From the NCBI GenBank assembly GCA_051294375.1, contig CM119269.1, positions 16,763,030 through 16,827,029 on the forward strand: DNA of 64,000 bases. Direction: 5' to 3'. Each line of letters begins with the position of its first letter. The first letter of the stretch is position 1. The translations under genes and the position numbers were made by a program. Source of the DNA: Paraspadella gotoi. Taxonomy: Eukaryota > Animalia > Chaetognatha. Under the pieces are notes generated by a model. The model was not told the DNA's origin. It did no database searches and was given only the letters and a program-made list of their open reading frames with translations. Shown here one piece after another: positions 52,789-64,000 of this stretch.

Positions 52789-54226
52789 TGTCATCGCGGA
52801 AACACATTTGGAGAATCCGCAACCAATCGCTGATGCTGGAGTCGATGATGGAATCAAAACAAATCTAACGACGCCGTCAATCTGCAATGACACCAAAACA
52901 CCTGGCGATTGAAATTTTGAATTTCAAGTTCTTTAAGTTACATTACATTATGTTAGTCTCTACAACTAAATTTAACCAACAAAATGCCAAGCTTTTGCTT
53001 TGTTTTAAATAATATAACTTTTCAAAAAAAAAAAAAAAGATCAGGAGATAACGCAAAGTTCTCACTTTGTTTGTTCACTGCCATTATACTTTTGTTTTAG
53101 CGTTAAAAAAATTCGCTATTCGATTAACAATTTTGCAAACTTTGTTGATTCACTAGTTTTACAATTGTAATCCCGGAGCTGAGAAAGAAAAACTTTTTTT
53201 TTCGAAAAATTTGTTTTTTTGTTCTTTTAGGTAAAACTGTTAACTAAATATATATATGTAGTCGAGTTAAAAAGAAAGAAATCTTGCCAGTTACTTAGTG
53301 TCAAAAAAAAATTCATTTTCTATGAACTGATAGTTCAGACTGACGTTTAGAAGTGGTATTACTATTTTCCGAAGTGGCGAAGGTTTAACAAGTGGTTCTG
53401 TCAAAACATCGAAAATAAAAAAAATATTTCACCCCCAATCACGAATGGGTTAAAAAAATTTGAAAAAAAAAAAAAAATTGAAATGTCACTCTCTGCATTC
53501 GAGTCTGGTCAATTAAGAATTTAATTGTCCTCGCGTCACAAAAAAAAAATATATAATTGATAGATCGTGTGATTTTTCGGTATAAATTGAATTGATAACG
53601 CCAGGTAACGCGAAGCCATCCGCTCTCATTACCGCGCTATTCACTATTCTCTCCTCGTTCCATCTCCTCTTTGCAAGCGTCAATCATCGACCTCAATCAC
53701 CCGAGTCTTAGTCACTCGACTAACTCACCCAATCTTTACCCTAAATACCCGTCGTCTAAGCTTTCTCCACCGCCGTAATCTGCCGCTCCCGCCGCTCCCG
53801 CCGCTCCCGCCGCTCCCGCCGCTGCTGCTCCTACCAAAATTGATATCGCACGCACTCATATGCGTGCGTCATCAGTTCACCGGCTCGCGCGCGCACTTTC
53901 GCAAAGAAGTACGAACGAAAAAAAAAAAATTGAACAAAAACGGAGGACGATTTGCACCTCTTAGCCGCCCCCCCTCTCCCCCCCTTCCATCTCTTCCTTT
54001 TTTTTTTATCTCTCCCATGCGCCTTTTGATAAATCGAACTCATGAAGCGCTTAACTGAGGTCGATGCCACGCGTCGCCCGGCCATGAAGCCGAGCACCCC
54101 GCCTGGCACTGAACCCGGCTCCGCGCTTGATACAGCGCCTGGCTCGACAAAATAGTTGCGTGCCATCATTTTTGGATCGTGTCTGCGCTCCTGGTGACAA
54201 TCGTGGAGATTTTATGCAGTTTTATA

Positions 54227-54385
54227 TTAGCAAAGTTTTTTGACTTTTTTTACAACGATTTTATTTATAACAAAGCAGACATGTTTCGGCTCACAATTTT
54301 CTAGCCTTCATCAGCGCTTAACACAAAAATTTAAAAACTTTGCTAATCTCTTATAACAACGAAAGAGAGGATTACACCATGAATA
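54227..54385. mobile_element. 159-bp miniature Penelope-like insertion (inverted hammerhead segment plus tail); 11-bp TSD
   Basis: TSD GCAGTTTTATA at 54216-26 and 54386-96. IR TTAGCAAAGTTTTT / AAAAACTTTGCTAA. The tail CAACGAAAGAGAGGATTACACC is homologous to the tails at 23.9 and 48.7 kb. Confidence 0.85.
54273..54319 (-). ncRNA. Minimal type-I hammerhead ribozyme motif
   Basis: Reverse complement reads AAGCG-CTGATGA-A-GGCT-(11-nt loop)-AGCC-GAAA-CATGTC-TGCTT, with a 5-bp stem I whose sequence differs from the other copies. Confidence 0.88.
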
Positions 54386-54990
54386 GCAGTTTTATACATA
54401 ATGAATTCATCGGCATTTTAATTCCATGTGTGTGTAATTTTTTTTTTTAATTTTCTTTACGTCTAAACTTAGCTAGTGACATTGCGGGCTTTTAGGGACC
54501 TGCGTTCTTTAAATTTTTATTCTCAGTTAATTTATTATTAATACTTGGTTAAATTGTAAAATTATATTATATTTGGTTTCATTTCTCTGCCATTTTGAAT
54601 ATAGTGTTATAACTTTTTTTTGTAAACGAATGAAACAAACTGTTTTCAATGTGAATGAACCACGGTAAGACATCGATTCTACGTACATTCGACTGAGGAT
54701 TTTAAAATGAAAAGGAAATATCATTCGTTTAAAATTTGAGCTGTTAGCGATCCAAGTTTCATATTTCACAACCGCTCATAGACGGAGAGAATTACCATCG
54801 AATCCCTTTAGTTCTCGTTCACGGTTCGTGATAAACCCGTAAAGTGAAATCCAACGGACCAGCACACTTATAAATAGTTAAATACCTTTTAAGGCTTTTA
54901 ATTAATCTTTATAAATTAAATTCACGTGGAAATAAAAACTATTGGTTCGCTTGAGATGGAACGCTCTCAACGCTTTCGACGTAATGGATA

Positions 54991-55078
<88 letters not shown>

Positions 55079-55188
55079 ACTTCGAATAAATCACATTTAT
55101 GTCCACCATGTTCTCCATTGTGTGTTGGCCGAGTTGAGGCTGTCGAGCGACCGTCGTAACGCGACGCTCGGGGAAAATGGTCGCCGGT

Positions 55189-55258
<70 letters not shown>

Positions 55259-56397
55259 ATAATGATGGGCAATAATGACGTGGACGACGACGAAAATGGC
55301 CGCGAAAAACTTTACCTCACTTACGCTATTTTCGGTCTAGGGAACTATACGGTATAAGAGATAAAGAAAAATTGTTTTTCTTTAGTATAAGCACTAAAAG
55401 TTAATACCCAATTGTAATTGGGACATAGTAAATTAGCAAATTCACAAATAAACAAACATCATGAATCCTCAAATAGAGCCAAACTTCGTCAATGGGGTGG
55501 GTCAGAAGTTTGATTTGGGAACCTTTCCAAATGAAACTTCATACATTTCTGAGAAAACTTTCAATGGAGCAAAATTTTCTAAAATGGCTAGAAGCATTAG
55601 TAATTAATTTTTGAATATTTATTTATAGATAGGAAATGTCAAAAAAATTTTTTTGATTTTTTTATTTTTAAAAGCGGATTCAAATAGCTTATGAAAAGTT
55701 ATCTACACAAAGTATAATTCTTTTTTCAATATTTTGATGATAAGTGGGTTAAAATTGAGAAAAACCTTAAAAAATCATCATCATCACCATCATCCAATGA
55801 TTTTAGCAGTTTTTACTAATTTTTAGTAATAAAACATCAAAATTTTAAAAAGTTGTAATTATATTTTTTTGCTTAACTTTTTAAGCTCTATCAGAATCAA
55901 TTAAAAAAACTTAAAATATCAAAAAAAAATTTTTAACATTATATAGCAATATAATAATATTAATTAGCGAATTACTCATGGTTCGGAACATTTTGCAAAA
56001 AAATATTTTAACACAATAATTAATACCAATAATGGATTAGTTTAATGCTGTTCCCATTATAATTTGAATTTGGTCGGCTACCGCTACCTCAAAACATTTG
56101 ATAATCGAAAAGGATTCAAAATTCTCAAATCATTAAACGAACGAACAAGAATAAGATAAGATTTTTTATTTTTATTAATTTTTTTGTTTTTTTTATTCTG
56201 ATTTCGTTTTGCTTTTTTTTTCTTTTTGCTTTATAAAAAGTTCCATTTTAGAATCGACGACCAGATGCGACTTTTGGTGTCGTTTTTCGGTTTTTCTGAG
56301 TCGCTTTAGGCATTCACTCTGAAACAGAATATTTTTTATCCTTTTACGACTTTTTGTTTTGTTGTTTGTTTGTTTGTTCATTTTATTTTTAACTTTT

Positions 56398-56493
<96 letters not shown>

Positions 56494-57492
56494 TTTCTCT
56501 CTCCTTCCTTCCTTCCTTCCTTCCTTTTTTTCTCTTTCCCCCCGTGTGACTACTGACTATATCTGCCCCGATCAGAGATCAAATTCATATCTCGCTCGTG
56601 ATCCCGACCGCAGATGTGAAACGTCGCATTATTCTCACGACAAAAAAGCCTATTTTTTTTTATATTTTTTTTTATTTAAAAGGGAATCGATCGTCGGCGG
56701 AATTCTTCTTGTCATGAATAAACTGCGACATCGACGAAGATAAATTCGTTGCAACGAGGAAGATTTTTTTTCCCTAGAAAAGAAATCTTGTTTCCCCTAT
56801 CCAGGAAAAAATGTCAACTTCTCTTTTAAAAATTTTTGTCAAATGATCCGTTTGTTTTTCGTTGTTTCGTTTGTACTTATTTTAAGGGAAAGGAATTGCA
56901 TTGAATGTATATAAAATATTAAAATAAACCTGTATTTTCGAAACAGATTTAACTTCTGCTTACAAGTTTCCCCCCCCCCCACAATTTAACTTCGGGGTGA
57001 AAAAGATTCGTCCGTCCGGAAAAAACATTTAACGAGACCGGGTAAGATAAGTTATTCGGTAAATACGAAACAAACCATTATTTACTAGAATCATTTGAAC
57101 GAAGCCAAGATTACCAAATTATTTCAAAAAGTTACTAGATTAAAAAAAAAATTACTCATATCTTGAATTTGTTTAATTTCATTCACGATGGAAAAATCAA
57201 TTCTTCTTTTTCAAACTTTCACTCAATTGTCAAGATAAAATTTTCAAATTCAAAAAAATCAATTTCCGCACGCCATTTTACAATTAGTTTTTATAATTAA
57301 TTATTCAAAAAATTTCACAGATTTTTCAGAAGGACTACTAATCAGTTTCTTATCTTCCGAGTAATATTCAAATCGTCTCTTTTCGCCAGTTAATCTATTC
57401 AAGACTTTTTGTGGTCTCCGATCCCAATTTCATTTTCCTTCCTCACCCCCACTCATCATCCCCCCTTCCCCCCCACTTTTTCAATTCTCCAG

Positions 57493-62045
<4,553 letters not shown>

Positions 62046-62070
62046 NNNNNNNNNNNNNNNNNNNNNNNNN
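62046..62070. other. Assembly gap (25 N)
   Basis: N run. Confidence 1.
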
Positions 62071-62189
62071 AAATTATTAAAAAAAATGAGATCCACCATT
62101 TCGTAATTCTACAGACTACCCTTTTACACTAAAATAGCTATGTACACCCTCAACTTGATTTGTTATATTTGTTATTTTTTCACAACGCT

Positions 62190-62605
62190 CCTAGTATATG
62201 TATGCTATCAGAATATCCTTTGCGTTTTCTACAATCTGCTAATAAAAAGAATAAATTAAAAAAAACTAAAAGTCAAAACAAATAACAAGTAAACAACCAC
62301 ACATCAATAATATAAAATAGCCAGCAGTATACAGTAACAACCAGAAACTAGTAGCAGTCTGCCAGCAAACAATCGCATCCTCTTCCTCACCAGGCGTCTC
62401 CGATCTGATCGCTCTTTTGTGCCATGCATCCCGCCGCCTCCCGTTCAAACCAACGGCCTTGGAACGGGTGCCTTCGTTCTTTCCTCACGTATTAGGGGAC
62501 ATTTTTCGGGTTTTGGGCTGCAAGAGGGATCTTTCGTCGATCGGACTCTTCTTTTATTAGCGTAAGGAGGATTTCGTCTCTTTCGCAGATATATCCTCTA
62601 CCGTT
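62190..62605 (+). repeat. Indel-riddled duplicate of ~61705-62025, probably an uncorrected long-read assembly artefact
   Basis: Same intron and exon sequence repeated after the gap with scattered single-base insertions. Confidence 0.75.
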
Positions 62606-64000
62606 ATGCCCAGCACTCTTGAGAAAGAGTCGACAAGTTGTTACTCTGAGTTGAGAGGGGGGAGGTAGAGAGAGAAGAGAGAGACGAGAGAGAAGTATCG
62701 GGAGAATGATGGTGGAGGGGGTGTGGGTTTCCGAAGGAGAGAGGAGGAACGCGGGTATTAGAGAGAGGCGATGAGAGTTGAGGAGCGAGAAGAGTGAGAA
62801 GATAGAGAGGGAGGAAAGAAAGTGAGAAAAACAAAAAGAAAGAGAAGCTAGATGGATATCGGCTCCAATATTCCAATGAAACCGCCCGAACGGAAAAAAA
62901 AAATTCTAACGTGACCACATTAAATGTGAGGCTTTTAGCTTCTTGTGTTTCAAGGAAAAAAGAAATAAAAAAAAGACTTATATCGGTTTTCCCTTTTTTT
63001 CCTTTTTTTTTGGTTTTTTTTTTTTTGTTAGTTCTCCATTACAAATTCTTTCACTGTTTAGTTAGATTTTCGTTTACAAAGCTTTTTTTTAAAAATTGTC
63101 TCAGCAATAATTTTCGCTCGGGATTTGTCACAGCTCATTAACTCAAATTATCCAGCGTTCATGGGCAGCAACTCCCCAAAGCGAGAGAGGAACTTGGGAG
63201 TCGCAGAGAAAATACCGATAATTAATTATGCAAATTAGTTTGTTTTTTTTCTAACTGCGACGCCTAACTGCGTTTGATTTTATAGTCCTTACATATTGAT
63301 ATTCTAAAACTTTTTTTTATAAAATCTGCAAACCGGATTGTAACTAAGTTCCATCCGCTTAGCGGCGATGACAAATGACGGAAAAAAGTAAAAATTTGCT
63401 TTTTAGCTTTTATAATATGTTTTTTTCGTAATGAGAAGTGGAGGCGGAGAGAGAGAGCAGAGAGATGAGAGAGAGAGAGAGACCGAAGCACGACGGAGGG
63501 GAGAGAGACGAGAGAGAATTGCACCGACACCGCCGGGGGGCAGTTGAAAAGGCCCGGATTGGCGAAGTTGAAAAGTGATTAGAAGACTTAATCATTCACA
63601 TTCGATAAGATTTTTTTACTCAAAAAGGCAGGTTATTCCCAACGGGGCCTCGCAGAAATAAAGAAAAAAATAATACGAAAACAAGAGGAAGGGTTGGGCT
63701 AATTTCCGACTTTTCCGTCGATCTGCGGATTTCCCGCGTTAACTTTACTTGTTTATGCCTTCAACCACACCCGCTCATCTTTGATTCATTAGCCTCCAGG
63801 GTCCAGGCGCTCAAAAAGGGATTCTGAATTCGGAGAAAGTCGAGAAAAAAGCGGCAGAGGAATTTTCCAAAGAATAAGTAGCATGTTTTTATTTGCGAAG
63901 GTTCTATCGAGTCGCGGCGCAGAGATGTCGCTTTGTTGCAAAGTTTTGGAATATACAAAGGCGGACAGCGAAGCGGCCGAACTCGACTTTTAATTTATAA

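Noticed and set aside
62190-62605. Tandemly duplicated pseudo-exon
   Set aside because: It abuts an N gap and differs mainly by random single-base insertions, which is typical of uncorrected long-read sequence.

Overview
This is eukaryotic, almost certainly invertebrate-animal, genomic DNA. It is AT-rich, dense in (GA)n, (GAC)n and (TTCC)n microsatellites, has many short introns and contains three N-gaps. Most ORFs in the supplied track are microsatellite artefacts. Reading splice sites and phases by hand gives five plus-strand spliced genes: a 138-aa secreted 8-Cys protein (12.5-14.1 kb); a Ser-rich protein of unknown function (25.1-28.0 kb); a type-II membrane, probably catalytically dead alpha-carbonic-anhydrase-like protein with a ~200-aa charged insert (29.3-37.6 kb); a secreted Cys-repeat plus C-type-lectin protein (44.0-52.3 kb); and a partial helical protein (57.5-62 kb). 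Mobile DNA comprises a decayed BEL/Pao LTR retrotransposon, tRNA-Gly-derived SINEs, DINE-1/HINE-like elements, and a 222-bp solo LTR that carries a tRNA-like Pol III unit. The most striking feature is a set of four Penelope-like insertions carrying five hammerhead-ribozyme motifs. All four have an inverted segment joined to a tailed segment, and three have visible TSDs. Two are miniature (159 and 215 bp), and in the 215-bp one the inversion re-folds the hammerhead at the tip of a ~70-bp stem. All gene models are manual and no database searches were run.
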